The notes: generated by a model not told the origin, from the sequence alone. 63,900 bases of DNA, filler included, from Vicugna vicugna (GCA_013265495.1; 78 parts of 77 records of this genome joined end to end with filler, not necessarily neighbours in it); one strand, 5' to 3'; shown: positions 1 to 12,551, numbered from the whole stretch's first letter. A program made the numbers and translations.

Positions 1-194
1 TAAATATCAGTGACAAACTAAAATATTAACTACAATAAGAAAAAAGTCACAATTATAATTATATTTCTAAATGTAACAAAAATAACTGTCCATATAAACA
101 CATTCTAGGACTATTTTCAGGTCCCTGGAAAGGCTTGTACAAATGAGGTGCTCGGAAACAAATTCCATCAGCTTCATGGCAAGTCTGACTCTGC
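1..194 (-). mobile_element. Old hAT (Tip100-type, Arthur1/MER69-like) DNA transposon terminal fragment
   Basis: The reverse strand starts CAGAGTCAGACTTGCCATGAAGCTGATG...CCTAGAATGTGTTTATATGG, resembling the recalled terminus of this family. Subfamily is uncertain. Confidence 0.5.
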
Positions 195-529
195 AAATGT
201 AAAACACTTTGAATAATAGTTCTGTAAAAGTGAGTGATATTTATATGTATTTTTATTGCGCATGTTAATAGAAATTTTTTACAGTATTGTTTCCTTAAGT
301 GAAATAAAATATAATTAATCTAACTAATTACATGTACCAACAAATAATATTGTCACATAGAATTTTCATAGTTTTGGTTTTAGTTTTCTTTTGTTGTTGT
401 TCACTCAAAGTTTATTGTTGCAGGGAATAAAACGAAGTTGAAACTAATGCTGCTATTCACTCGTGCAGTTAAATACCTTCAGGCACATTTAAGACACGGA
501 GTGCAAATTTGAAGCTTATCTTTCTGCAG

Positions 530-767
530 TCAGGGGTGGGAGACGAGGGAGGGAAACACGCTTCAGCTCCGGGGGAGGGGGCTGTTTGCGAGTGTATGCG
601 ATGCGCGGTCCAGATCTGGAGATGCCCGCGGGCAGCGGGGTTACCGTGGGGCGATCACATCTCCCAGCTGCCGCCCTGGGTCTCTAGACCCCTCACGCTT
701 GGCACGACCAGCAGCGCCCCACCCCCTTCCACTCCAATTCGGACTCGCGGGTGGGCGTCAGAGGGCG
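530..767. promoter_or_regulatory. CpG-island edge
   Basis: Abrupt shift from AT-rich to GC/CpG-dense sequence running to the scaffold end. Confidence 0.5.
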
Positions 768-867
768 NNNNNNNNNNNNNNNNNNNNNNNNNNNNNNNNN
801 NNNNNNNNNNNTTAATTAATTAANNNNNNNNNNNNNNNNNNNNNNNNNNNNNNNNNNNNNNNNNNNN
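768..867. other. Artificial scaffold spacer (first of 77): 44 N + TTAATTAATTAA + 44 N
   Basis: The same 100-nt structure recurs 77 times, with the core at 812, 1734, 2473 ... 63423. The 12-mer is self-complementary and has TAA in all three frames, so it stops all six frames. Confidence 0.99.
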
Positions 868-2262
868 GGGAGGCCTCCTCCACCCTCTCAGGGTGTCCGC
901 CCCACGCGGACCACTCTCTGCAGCGCTGCCCCTCCTCTCCACTCCCCCGGCAGCAGCAGCAGAGCCCAGCGTGCTGCGGTGCCCCCCCTGCCTCCCCCAG
1001 TCTCCCCGCCCGCTCACGTCCCATTGCCCTGCTCCTTTTCAGGGTCAAACTTCTTAAAACCTTATCATCATCACTTTTTTTCCCCCTCATTCATTCTTTT
1101 AACATTTTTTTTTTGATTTACCCTTTGATCAGGATGATAATGCATGTCTTACTTCACAAGGCTGTTGATCACAAGGCTGAGGGCAATCAGGATGGCTTAT
1201 GTGTAAAGAAATGTTTTAAGGAAAAACAGTATATAAATACAAAAATGTATGCATTTTTCTTTCTGTAAAGAGAGTTTCCTGACTCTTTAATTCCTAAAGG
1301 TCTCAGAGACTTAGGAGAATTTTTTTTTCCAAATCTGAGATTTGTTGAATTTGGGAAGAAAACAAAAATCTTCAATTGCCTACTCATGGTCATTGATTTA
1401 CTTAGTCAAGTCGAAGTAGGATGGAGTTGATTTGAAATTGGCTTCGGATTGCTGGGGTGCAGCATGGGACTTAGTGGAGAAGCAAAAATGAATTCAGAAA
1501 GGCATGTCTCACCATTCAGATGAACAGAACCAAATTAGAGATATTCAGAGCTTGAACCAGTAACACTGTCTGCTTCCAGGTTGTCTGAATACTGCTTTGA
1601 CTCAGTGGATTGAAATTACAACTAAAAGCATCTTGATGCAAGGGAAGAGGAAAGCTCAAAGGCCGTTGGGAGAGTTTTGATCAAATCACNNNNNNNNNNN
1701 NNNNNNNNNNNNNNNNNNNNNNNNNNNNNNNNNTTAATTAATTAANNNNNNNNNNNNNNNNNNNNNNNNNNNNNNNNNNNNNNNNNNNNCCACTCTAGGC
1801 CCTTTCAGCCAAAGAGGTGAGTGTGCGCGCACGCGAGCGCACACACGTACGATACACATACATCTCCGTCTAGAACTGTTTCTATTTGCTTAATCAACTT
1901 ACTTTCCTATTTGCTATAATCAACCCCCCGGCTTTGTCCACTGTCTCCTCTGCCCGCCACCTCTGCACCTACCCTCAACTACCCCACATCCTGAGATTCT
2001 GGCCCATAGATTCATGCCTCCGTATACCTCTCCAGCCTGCCTCACTCCCCTATATTCTCAGCCTGTGTCGACTCCTCTTGTGCTGGGAAGCAAAAGGATG
2101 ATAGGAAGAGAAATAAAAGAAATGGAAAACAACAGGACTTAGACTGCCTTAGTGTTTAAAATACAAAAATTTTAAATGACTACCCCACAGAAAAATAAAA
2201 TTAAGAAGATGGCTAACTCTAATTCTAGAGCCTATGCAATTTAAAAATCAAAGTTTTATGAA

Positions 2263-2428
2263 GGGGCAGGGGATAGCTCAAGTGGTAGAATCTGTGTTTA
2301 GCGAGGTCCTAGGTTCAATCCCCAGTATCTCTTCTAAAAATAAACAAATAGATAAATGAATGAATGAATTAAATAAGTTACCTCCCCTCCCCCGAAAATA
2401 AGATTAAATTAAAAATGAAAAAAATAAA
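2263..2428 (+). mobile_element. Vic-1-type tRNA-derived SINE (camelid)
   Basis: GGGGCAGGGGATAGCTCAAGTGGTAGA (A box) ... GGTTCAATCCCCAGTA (B box), AT-rich middle, TTACCTCCCC and A-rich tail. Confidence 0.9.
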
Positions 2429-2528
2429 NNNNNNNNNNNNNNNNNNNNNNNNNNNNNNNNNNNNNNNNNNNNTTAATTAATTAANNNNNNNNNNNNNNNN
2501 NNNNNNNNNNNNNNNNNNNNNNNNNNNN

Positions 2529-3274
2529 GTATATAGGCCTTGTTTGGTGGATGAAAGTTCACTAATAAACATGTTGAAACTCAGAAACTGATGATTGTTG
2601 AGTGCATCATGCAAGTACAATGTACGGAACCCGGAATGCCATGTGGATGGAATTCATGTAAATTACATTTCTCTTAGGAGGAAATCGCCCCAGAAGTATT
2701 TTTCTGTAAAAAATGAACGAATTCGAAACTGGTGTTATGGAAAGCTTGTGAAAATGAGTACAAGTGTCTAGATGAAATTATTCCTCTTATAGAGGATGAA
2801 AGATGAGTAATCCACATGCTATCAACTCAGGAATGCATGTTTGTCGAATACGTAATGCATGTAGCATGCATGGAACACGGAATATAATGTAGATGGAATC
2901 AATTCAAATTACATATCTCTAAGGGTTGAATTCACTCCAAGAGGGTTTTTCAGGGATCAAAGTGTGATTCTTGAACCTGGTGATAGGAAGAAGCTACGAA
3001 GTCAAAGTAAATATTTCAACGTGCATATATGTAACTACTTTGGTGGTTGAAACATCAGTCATGCGCATGTTCACAAATCAGAAATGCATGTTTGAGAAAT
3101 CCGTGATGCATGAAACATGTTCGGAATACAAATACCGAATGCCATGGTTATGTAAAAAATGTAAATTACATGTGTATAGGTGAGATTTCACTCAAAGATT
3201 TTTTTCTGGTGCCAAATGTCCGATTTTACAATCTGGTGAAAGAAAAAAACATATGAAGTCACAATAAATATTTC
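2529..3274 (+). repeat. Satellite A: one full trimer of ~248-bp diverged monomers
   Basis: Monomer anchors GG(A/T)TGAAA at 2549, 2794 and 3045. Strand is arbitrary (the GGATGAAAG...CCACATGCT orientation is called +). Confidence 0.93.
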
Positions 3275-3486
3275 NNNNNNNNNNNNNNNNNNNNNNNNNN
3301 NNNNNNNNNNNNNNNNNNTTAATTAATTAANNNNNNNNNNNNNNNNNNNNNNNNNNNNNNNNNNNNNNNNNNNNACACACCAACATTCCACCTGGAATCC
3401 AACCGGTAACTGCCAAGCCCAATGGCTGCTGCATCTTGTCACTGTTGGGGGAGAGGCTGCATCCGACGAGAGGTTCCTAATCTAAA

Positions 3487-4021
3487 TATGATTCTAACCA
3501 CTAGCATCACATGGGCCTTTGTTCTTCCCTCTTTCCTTTTCTTCAGATCTGTATGCACAGTACCAACGGAGGCAAGTGTGTCCATTTTCTGTTGATGGTT
3601 TCACACGTCTTTAAACTTTCTAACAGTTCACAGTACACAGAGNNNNNNNNNNNNNNNNNNNNNNNNNNNNNNNNNNNNNNNNNNNNNNNNNNNNNNNNNN
3701 NNNNNNNNNNNNNNNNNNNNNNNNNNNNNNNNNNNNNNNNNNNNNNNNNNNNNNNNNNNNNNNNNNNNNNNNNNNNNNNNNNNNNNNNNNNNNNNNNNNN
3801 NNNNNNNNNNNNNNNNNNNNNNNNNNNNNNNNNNNNNNNNNNNNNNNNNNNNNNNNNNNNNNNNNNNNNNNNNNNNNNNNNNNNNNNNNNNNNNNNNNNN
3901 NNNNNNNNNNNNNNNNNNNNNNNNNNNNNNNNNNNNNNNNNNNNNNNNNNNNNNNNNNNNNNNNNNNNNNNNNNNNNNNNNNNTATGCTCTTATGAATCA
4001 ACATTAACGAAAATATATGCA
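3487..4021 (+). repeat. Low-copy duplicated sequence, paralogue of 61308-61838 (-)
   Basis: 3487-3642 matches the reverse complement of 61683-61838 with 17 mismatches in 156 nt; homology resumes after the N gap (TATGCTCTTATG). Confidence 0.9.
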
Positions 4022-4218
4022 CGCCTCTGATTTCCGAATACATGTGTGCTGAGTACATGCAAGCCATGATTCAGGTTCGATGCGTGCTGAATGATCCTTG
4101 ACATCACCTTGAGTATTTNNNNNNNNNNNNNNNNNNNNNNNNNNNNNNNNNNNNNNNNNNNNTTAATTAATTAANNNNNNNNNNNNNNNNNNNNNNNNNN
4201 NNNNNNNNNNNNNNNNNN

Positions 4219-5189
4219 CTGAGCATGTGGAGAGACGTTCGTTCATCCAGCTCAAAAGGAACGTTTTGCAGGAGAAACACTGATTCTGCTTTCACAGTCT
4301 GTTTCCTAGTGCCGGTTTGAAGTGCCTGCCGTTTTCACTGTAAAACCGAGTTGGAGCTTGAACCTCCCCGTATATATGTATGGAGTGGAGATTGCAAATG
4401 AACAGAAACTCTGTGTTCCCTTCAAGCTAGGTGAAGGACGGCTTTCACACACACTTATCTCTCAGAAATGAGCATATGGAGAGACGTTCTTTCACCCAGC
4501 ACAAAGGGAACGAACAAAGGGAACGAGTTGCAGGAGAAACACTGACTCTGCTTTGTCAGTCTTTTTCCTAGTGCCGGTTTGAAGTGCCTGCCGATTTCAC
4601 TGTAAAACCGAGTTGGAGCTGCTACCTCCCTATATATATGTATGGAGTGGGGTTTGCAAGTGAAAAGAAACTTTGTGTTCCCTTCAAACTATTTGAAGGA
4701 CGGCTTTCACACACACTTATCTCTCAGAACTGAGCATGTGGAGAGACGTTCGTTCATCCAGCACAAAAGGAACGGTTTGCAGGAGAAACACTGACTCTGT
4801 TTCTCAGTCTGTTTCCTAGTTACGGTTTGAAGTGCCTGCAGTTTTCCCTGTAAAACTGAGTTGGAGCTTGTACCTCTCCATATACATGTATGGAGTGAAG
4901 TTTGCAACTGAAAGGAAACTTTGTGTTCCTTTCTAGCTAGGTGAAGGACGGTTTTCGCAACCACTTATCACTCAGAACTGAGTATGTGGACAGATGTTCG
5001 TTCATCCATCTCAAAAGGAACGGGTTGCAGGAGAAACACTGACTCTGCTTTCTCAGTCTGTTTCCTAGTGCCGGTTTGAAGTGCCTGCCGTTTTCACTGT
5101 AAAACCGAGTTGGCTCTGGTACCTCCCCATATATATTAGTGGATTTTGCAAATGAACACAAACTTTTTGTTCCTTTCAAGCTAGGTGAA
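4219..5189 (-). repeat. Satellite B, ~249-bp monomer, about 4 copies
   Basis: The CTGAGCATGTGGAGAGACG anchor occurs at 4219, 4468, 4730 and 4978 (periods 249, 262 including a 13-bp duplication, 248). Confidence 0.95.
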
Positions 5190-5289
5190 NNNNNNNNNNN
5201 NNNNNNNNNNNNNNNNNNNNNNNNNNNNNNNNNTTAATTAATTAANNNNNNNNNNNNNNNNNNNNNNNNNNNNNNNNNNNNNNNNNNNN

Positions 5290-6109
5290 AGTGCCTGCCG
5301 TTTTCACTGTAAAAACGTGTTGGAACTTGTACCTACCCATATATATGTATGGTTTGTAGTTTGCAAATTATAAGAATTTTTCTGTTTCCTTCAAGCTAGG
5401 TGAAGGACGGCTTTCACACACACTTATCTCTCAGAACTTAGCATGTGGAGAGANNNNNNNNNNNNNNNNNNNNNNNNNNNNNNNNNNNNNNNNNNNNNNN
5501 NNNNNNNNNNNNNNNNNNNNNNNNNNNNNNNNNNNNNNNNNNNNNNNNNNNNNNNNNNNNNNNNNNNNNNNNNNNNNNNNNNNNNNNNNNNNNNNNNNNN
5601 NNNNNNNNNNNNNNNNNNNNNNNNNNNNNNNNNNNNNNNNNNNNNNNNNNNNNNNNNNNNNNNNNNNNNNNNNNNNNNNNNNNNNNNNNNNNNNNNNNNN
5701 NNNNNNNNNNNNNNNNNNNNNNNNNNNNNNNNNNNNNNNNNNNNNNNNNNNNNNNNNNNNNNNNNNNNNNNNNNNNNNNNNNNNNNNNNNNNNNNNNNNN
5801 NNNNNNNNNNNNNNNNNNNNNNNNNNNNNNNNNNNNNNNNNNNNNNNNNNNNNNNNNNNNNNNNNNNNNNNNNNNNNNNNNNNNNNNNNNNNNNNNNNNN
5901 NNNNNNNNNNNNNNNNNNNNNNNNNNNNNNNNNNNNNNNNNNNNNNNNNNNNNNNNNNGCACAAAGGGAACGGGTTGCAGGAGAAACCCTTACTCTGGTT
6001 TCTCAGTCTGTTTCCTAGTGCCGGTTTGAAGTGCTTGCCGTTTTCACTGTAAAAACTTTTTGGTGCTTGTACCTACCCATATATATGTATGGTTTGGAGT
6101 TTGCAACTT
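5290..6109 (-). repeat. Satellite B (gapped)
   Basis: Same monomer on both sides of the internal gap. Confidence 0.93.
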
Positions 6110-6209
6110 NNNNNNNNNNNNNNNNNNNNNNNNNNNNNNNNNNNNNNNNNNNNTTAATTAATTAANNNNNNNNNNNNNNNNNNNNNNNNNNNNNNNNNNN
6201 NNNNNNNNN

Positions 6210-6741
6210 GGGAGAATTCCTCTAAGAACTTCCTCAGTCCATCGGAAGGTACTCACTGCTAATTGGCCTCCTAGCCCAACCCCCAGTTTTCCCTCATGGC
6301 CCGGTCCAAAGAAACACTCAGGGAACACAAGCTTAGGGATTCTTATAGAACCTAGGTTCTGCTGTGATTTGGAGTAGCCTCCCCATGCCCAGGATTCCAG
6401 AAAATTTCTTCGTGTGTGTGCTGTTGGTGGAGAAACAGAGTCCACGTGTATTTCAGGAGGATCAGGTATTCCATTGTTGTGGGTTGTTGGTTAAACACCT
6501 CCAATTTCCGTGGAAAGGCACTCACTCACTAATACTTGGATATAGAGCTCAACTCCCACTTTGAACCGCACTCCAGCTTACACAATCCATCAGGGAAGAG
6601 AGGTTATGGATTCTCTAGAACACTGGCACTGCTGTCAGTTGGAGGATCTTTCCCAATTCAGGATTCCAGAAGCCAGTCTTGTGGGAGGATTTTCTTTATC
6701 CCCACACCACGTAGATGGATGTGGGCACAGGTGTTCACCTT
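6210..6741 (+). repeat. Satellite D (diverged ~266-bp monomers)
   Basis: Aligns colinearly with 13684-14354 (GGGAGAATTCCTCTAAG ... CACTCAGGGAACA). Confidence 0.85.
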
Positions 6742-6841
6742 NNNNNNNNNNNNNNNNNNNNNNNNNNNNNNNNNNNNNNNNNNNNTTAATTAATTAANNN
6801 NNNNNNNNNNNNNNNNNNNNNNNNNNNNNNNNNNNNNNNNN

Positions 6842-7587
6842 TAATTTACATGAATTCCATCAACATGGCATTCCGGGTTCCGTTCAAGCTACATGTATGA
6901 CGGATTCGGTAATCATGCAGTTCTGACTTGTGAGCATGTGGATTACTGACCTTTCATCCACCAAACAATGCGTATATACACTTAGAATTATTTACTCTGA
7001 CTTCATAGATTTTTCTATCACCAAGTTCTAAANNNNNNNNNNNNNNNNNNNNNNNNNNNNNNNNNNNNNNNNNNNNNNNNNNNNNNNNNNNNNNNNNNNN
7101 NNNNNNNNNNNNNNNNNNNNNNNNNNNNNNNNNNNNNNNNNNNNNNNNNNNNNNNNNNNNNNNNNNNNNNNNNNNNNNNNNNNNNNNNNNNNNNNNNNNN
7201 NNNNNNNNNNNNNNNNNNNNNNNNNNNNNNNNNNNNNNNNNNNNNNNNNNNNNNNNNNNNNNNNNNNNNNNNNNNNNNNNNNNNNNNNNNNNNNNNNNNN
7301 NNNNNNNNNNNNNNNNNNNNNNNNNNNNNNNNNNNNNNNNNNNNNNNNNNNNNNNNNNNNNNNTACATGATATTCCGTGTTCCTTACATGCTACATACAT
7401 GACGGATTTGACAAACATGCATTCCTGAGTTGAGAGCATGTGGATTACTAATCTTTCATCCTCTATAAAAGGAATATTTTCATCTAGACAAGTGTACACA
7501 TTTTCACAAGCTTTCCCTAACACCAGCTTCGAATTCCTGAATTTTTACACAGAAAAATAGTTCTGGAACGATTTCCACCTAACAGAT
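6842..7587 (-). repeat. Satellite A (gapped)
   Basis: Reverse complement of the monomer types in 2529-3274. Confidence 0.92.
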
Positions 7588-7687
7588 NNNNNNNNNNNNN
7601 NNNNNNNNNNNNNNNNNNNNNNNNNNNNNNNTTAATTAATTAANNNNNNNNNNNNNNNNNNNNNNNNNNNNNNNNNNNNNNNNNNNN

Positions 7688-8138
7688 AGGAGGAGGATGT
7701 GGGGGAGGTGGAGGTGGAGGAGGAGGAGGTGGAGGAGGCAGAGGAGGAGGAGGCGGAGGAGGAGGATGTGGTGGAGGAGGAGGAGGATGTGGAGGAGGAG
7801 GAGGATGTGGAGGAGGAGGAGGAGGTGGAGGAGGAGTAGGAGGTGGAGNNNNNNNNNNNNNNNNNNNNNNNNNNNNNNNNNNNNNNNNNNNNNNNNNNNN
7901 NNNNNNNNNNNNNNNNNNNNNNNNNNNNNNNNNNNNNNNNNAGGAGGTGGAGGTGGAGGAGGAGGAGGTGGAGGAGGCGGAGAAGGAGGAGGCGGAGGAG
8001 GAGGATGTGGCGGAGGAGGAGGAGGAGGTGGCGGAGGAGGAGGAGGTGGAGGAGGAGGTGGAGGACGAGGTGGAGGACGAGGTGGAGGACGATGTGGAGG
8101 TGGAGGTGGTGGTGGAGATGGAGGAGGAGGTGGAGGAT
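7688..8138 (+). repeat. (GAG)n-based purine-rich low-complexity tract
   Basis: GAG/GTG/GCG/GAT triplets; an ~80-nt block is repeated at ~7704 and ~7944; TAG in the Glu frame at 7837-7839. Confidence 0.9.
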
Positions 8139-8263
8139 TATTACAATAATCCTCAAGATTCTGNNNNNNNNNNNNNNNNNNNNNNNNNNNNNNNNNNNNN
8201 NNNNNNNTTAATTAATTAANNNNNNNNNNNNNNNNNNNNNNNNNNNNNNNNNNNNNNNNNNNN

Positions 8264-9556
8264 TCTATGTTCTAAATTCTGGGTTCTATATTCTCTTTTC
8301 TATTTTCTCTATACTGTGTTCTACTTTCTATATTCAGCATTCTGTATTCTATATTTTAATTTTGTGTTCTATATTCTATTCTAAATTCTATATTCAGTAT
8401 TCTGTATTCTATAAACTAAATTCTGTGTTCTGCATTCCATGTTCTAAATTCTTGGTTCTATATTCTCTTTTGTATTTTCTATATTCTGTGTTCTACATTC
8501 TATTTTCAGCATTCTGTATTCTATATTTTAATTTTGTGTTCTATATTCTATTCTAAATTCTATATTCAGTATTCCGTATGCTATATTCTATTCTGTGTTA
8601 TGCATTCCATGTTCTAATTTCTGGGTTCTATAATCTATAATCAATATTCTATATTCTGTGTTATACATTCTATATTCTAAATACTATATTCAACTTTCTG
8701 TATTTTATATTATAAATTNNNNNNNNNNNNNNNNNNNNNNNNNNNNNNNNNNNNNNNNNNNNNNNNNNNNNNNNNNNNNNNNNNNNNNNNNNNNNNNNNN
8801 NNNNNNNNNNNNNNNNNNNNNNNNNNNNNNNNNNNNNNNNNNNNNNNNNNNNNNNNNNNNNNNNNNNNNNNNNNNNNNNNNNNNNNNNNNNNNNNNNNNN
8901 NNNNNNNNNNNNNNNNNNNNNNNNNNNNNNNNNNNNNNNNNNNNNNNNNNNNNNNNNNNNNNNNNNNNNNNNNNNNNNNNNNNNNNNNNNNNNNNNNNNN
9001 NNNNNNNNNNNNNNNNNNNNNNNNNNNNNNNNNNNNNNNNNNNNNNNNNNNNNNNNNNNNNNNNNNNNNNNNNNNNNNNNNNNNNNNNNNNNNNNNNNNN
9101 NNNNNNNNNNNNNNNNNNNNNNNNNNNNNNNNNTCTATATTCTAAATTCTGTGTGCTGCATTCCATGTTCTAAATTCTGGGTTCTACATTCTCTATTCTA
9201 TATTCTAAATTGTGTGTTTTTCATTCTAGATTCTACATACTATATTTTGCATTCCGTATACTATAATCTTTATTTTGTGTTCTACATTCTATATTCTAAT
9301 TTCTATACTCAGTATTCCGTATGCTATATTCTATTTTGTGTTATGCAATCCATGTTCTATATTCTGGTTTCTATAATCTATATTCTATATTCTATATTCT
9401 GTGTTCTACATTCTATATTCTAAATACTATATTGAGATTTCTGTATACAATATTATAAATTCTGTGTTCTACATTCTATATTCTAAATTCTATATTCAGT
9501 ATTATGTAATCTATCTTCTTAATTCTGTGTTCTGCATAGCATGTTCTTAATTCTGG
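8264..9556 (+). repeat. Heptamer satellite (TCTATAT/TCTAAAT/TCTGTGT/TCTGCAT/TCCATGT)n
   Basis: TTC recurs every 7 nt throughout. Confidence 0.95.
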
Positions 9557-9939
9557 NNNNNNNNNNNNNNNNNNNNNNNNNNNNNNNNNNNNNNNNNNNN
9601 TTAATTAATTAANNNNNNNNNNNNNNNNNNNNNNNNNNNNNNNNNNNNNNNNNNNNATGCCCTGTTTGTCTCCCTGGACTCACACCTCAATCTGTTAGTG
9701 CTAGGAGGGTTAGCCATGGGCCAGGGGTCAGGGGTGTGAAAGGAGAAGCAGTATCCCATGGCCCAGAGGAGTGGGGAGGAGGCATCCCCTTCTTCAGTTA
9801 AAACAGGTGGTGGACTGGAAGATAAGGGTGCTCCCTAAGAGTTTATAAGAGGGGAAATAAGGATTTCCTTTGGGACTCAGACTAGCCATGAAATACAGAA
9901 GATGATCAGATGGAAGACGTAAATCATTTTCTTATTAAA

Positions 9940-10019
9940 TTGACATTTGTTGGGCACCAAAAATGTGCTACATTCTTTTCTGAGAGTTTTACAGAAATGA
10001 ATCCTTCAATCTTCACAAC
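9940..10019 (-). mobile_element. MIR fragment
   Basis: ACATTTGTTGGGCACC...ATGTGC...AATCTTCACAAC resembles the reverse-strand MIR 3' half. Confidence 0.5.
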
Positions 10020-10718
10020 NNNNNNNNNNNNNNNNNNNNNNNNNNNNNNNNNNNNNNNNNNNNNNNNNNNNNNNNNNNNNNNNNNNNNNNNNNNNNNNNN
10101 NNNNNNNNNNNNNNNNNNNNNNNNNNNNNNNNNNNNNNNNNNNNNNNNNNNNNNNNNNNNNNNNNNNNNNNNNNNNNNNNNNNNNNNNNNNNNNNNNNNN
10201 NNNNNNNNNNNNNNNNNNNNNNNNNNNNNNNNNNNNNNNNNNNNNNNNNNNNNNNNNNNNNNNNNNNNNNNNNNNNNNNNNNNNNNNNNNNNNNNNNNNN
10301 NNNNNNCACCGTGATTTAATTGTCTTCTCAGCAGCAGATCTGTTCTTATAACAGAAATTTAGTCCATTGAGTTAGTCTACAAACCCTTCCAGCTCTGCTT
10401 CTGTCCACGATTGCCATGTGACTGCCTGCCCGAGTTTGGGACATTGAGGAGAAACTGTACTCATGTTTGAACTCTGATATTTCAGTCTGGTTTATAGTTT
10501 CACATTTCCTGTTACATTAATAAGTTAAATTTCTGGTTTTCTTGCATCACTGTGTCATAAGTTTGGTTAATAAGAAACCAGTCAATGGGAGCCCAGGGGT
10601 GCTGACGGTATAATTTCTNNNNNNNNNNNNNNNNNNNNNNNNNNNNNNNNNNNNNNNNNNNNTTAATTAATTAANNNNNNNNNNNNNNNNNNNNNNNNNN
10701 NNNNNNNNNNNNNNNNNN

Positions 10719-11224
10719 AAATACACAAATTAAATTCAGTGCCTATCAAAATACCAAGGACATTTTCAGACACTTTCAAAAAATAATTCTAAAATTTACA
10801 TGTAAACCCAAAAGAGATGGAATCACTAAAAAAAAACAAAGGAAAGAAAACAAACAAACTAAAAAGAGAAAAAACTTTAACAAAACAAAGAGGATGTATC
10901 ACTGTCCCTGATTTTAAACTATAATACAAAGCTTCAGTATTAAAACGAATATGATAGTGACACAGAACATACAGAATAATAGAACACAACAGAATGCCTG
11001 AAAATGAAATCAGACAGTTATGTCATTAAGCCCATTACAAAAAATGAATATACAGTGGGGGAAAGGTAACCACCGGGCATATGAAACCGATCAACATCAC
11101 TAAACATCAGAAAAATGCAAGTCCAAAACACAATGAGATTTTATGTCACTCCTGGCACAATGACTATTATCAGAAAGAAAACAAGCATAACTGTTGGTTA
11201 GGATGTAAGAGAAACAACCCTGAT
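10719..11224 (+). mobile_element. L1 ORF2 3' region, degraded, apparent internal deletion near 11070
   Basis: CCTATCAAAATACCAAGGACATTTT, CCTGATTTTAAACTATAATACAAAGC, then a jump to CAACATCACTAAACATCAGAAAAATGCAA. Confidence 0.85.
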
Positions 11225-11324
11225 NNNNNNNNNNNNNNNNNNNNNNNNNNNNNNNNNNNNNNNNNNNNTTAATTAATTAANNNNNNNNNNNNNNNNNNNN
11301 NNNNNNNNNNNNNNNNNNNNNNNN

Positions 11325-11985
11325 TGAGTTGTGAAAATGCGCATGACTGATGTTTCAAACACCAAACAACTTACCAATGCACTTGAAATATTTACTATGA
11401 CTTCGTAGTTTCTTCCTATCACCAGTTTGAAGAATCACACATTGATACCACAAAAACCCTCTTGGTGCGAATTCTAACGTAGAGATATGTTATTTGAATA
11501 GATTACATCTGAATATTATTCCGTATTCCGTACATGCTACATACATGACGGATTCGACAAATATACATTCCTGAGTTGAGGTCATCTGGATTACTAATCT
11601 TTCATCCTCTATAAAAGGAATATTTTCATCTAGACACGTGTGCACATTTTCACAAGAAAGCTTTTCGTAAAACAAGTTTCGAATTCGTGCTTTTTTCACA
11701 GAAAAATAGTTCTGGAGCGATTTCGACCTAACAGATGTATAATTTACATGAATTCCAACAACATGGCATTCCGGGTTCCGTACGAGCTACATGTATGATG
11801 GATTCGGCAATCATAAGTTTCTGGATTGTGAGCATATGGATTATAGACCTTTCATCCACAAAACAAAGTGTATATAGTCTTAGAAATATTTACTCGGACT
11901 TCATAGTTTTTTCTAACACCAGGTTCTAAAATCGGGCATATGGCACCAGAAAACGCTCTTTGAGCGAAATCTCACCAATACACAT
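11325..11985 (-). repeat. Satellite A
   Basis: Monomer anchors at ~11851, ~11601 and ~11354. Confidence 0.93.
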
Positions 11986-12085
11986 NNNNNNNNNNNNNNN
12001 NNNNNNNNNNNNNNNNNNNNNNNNNNNNNTTAATTAATTAANNNNNNNNNNNNNNNNNNNNNNNNNNNNNNNNNNNNNNNNNNNN

Positions 12086-12551
12086 ACTGACAATGGTTCC
12101 GGAATCCTGAGCGTAGGGAGGTTCCACTAATGGTCGGCAGCGTGTGGGTTTAAATGGAATGCCTAAGCTCGTCTCCCCTGAGGGTTTTCCTAATGTCTCT
12201 GTGCCAGGGAATGCTAGGGGTGATTGCAGGATATCCCAGAGACCGAGGCTGCCTCCCCAAGTTCAGGGANNNNNNNNNNNNNNNNNNNNNNNNNNNNNNN
12301 NNNNNNNNNNNNNNNNNNNNNNNNNNNNNNNNNNNNNNNNNNNNNNNNNNNNNNNNNNNNNNNNNNNNNNNNNNNNNNNNNNNNNNNNNNNNNNNNNNNN
12401 NNNNNNNNNNNNNNNNNNNNNNNNNNNNNNNNNNNNNNNNNNNNNNNNNNNNNAATGTCTCTGGGGAATTCTAGGGGAGTTTGCAGGATATCCCAGTGAC
12501 ATATAATTCATCCCCAAGTTCAGGGAAGGTATTTCTCGGACTTCCCCGAAC
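12086..12551 (-). repeat. Satellite C (267 bp)
   Basis: Reverse complement of the monomer at 29815-30081. Confidence 0.93.

Noticed and set aside
2263..2330. tRNA gene
   Set aside because: A and B boxes are present, but it is followed by the Vic-1 tail and has a deleted anticodon region: a SINE.
5431..6029. Long X-filled ORFs here and elsewhere
   Set aside because: Their length comes from N gaps, not coding sequence.
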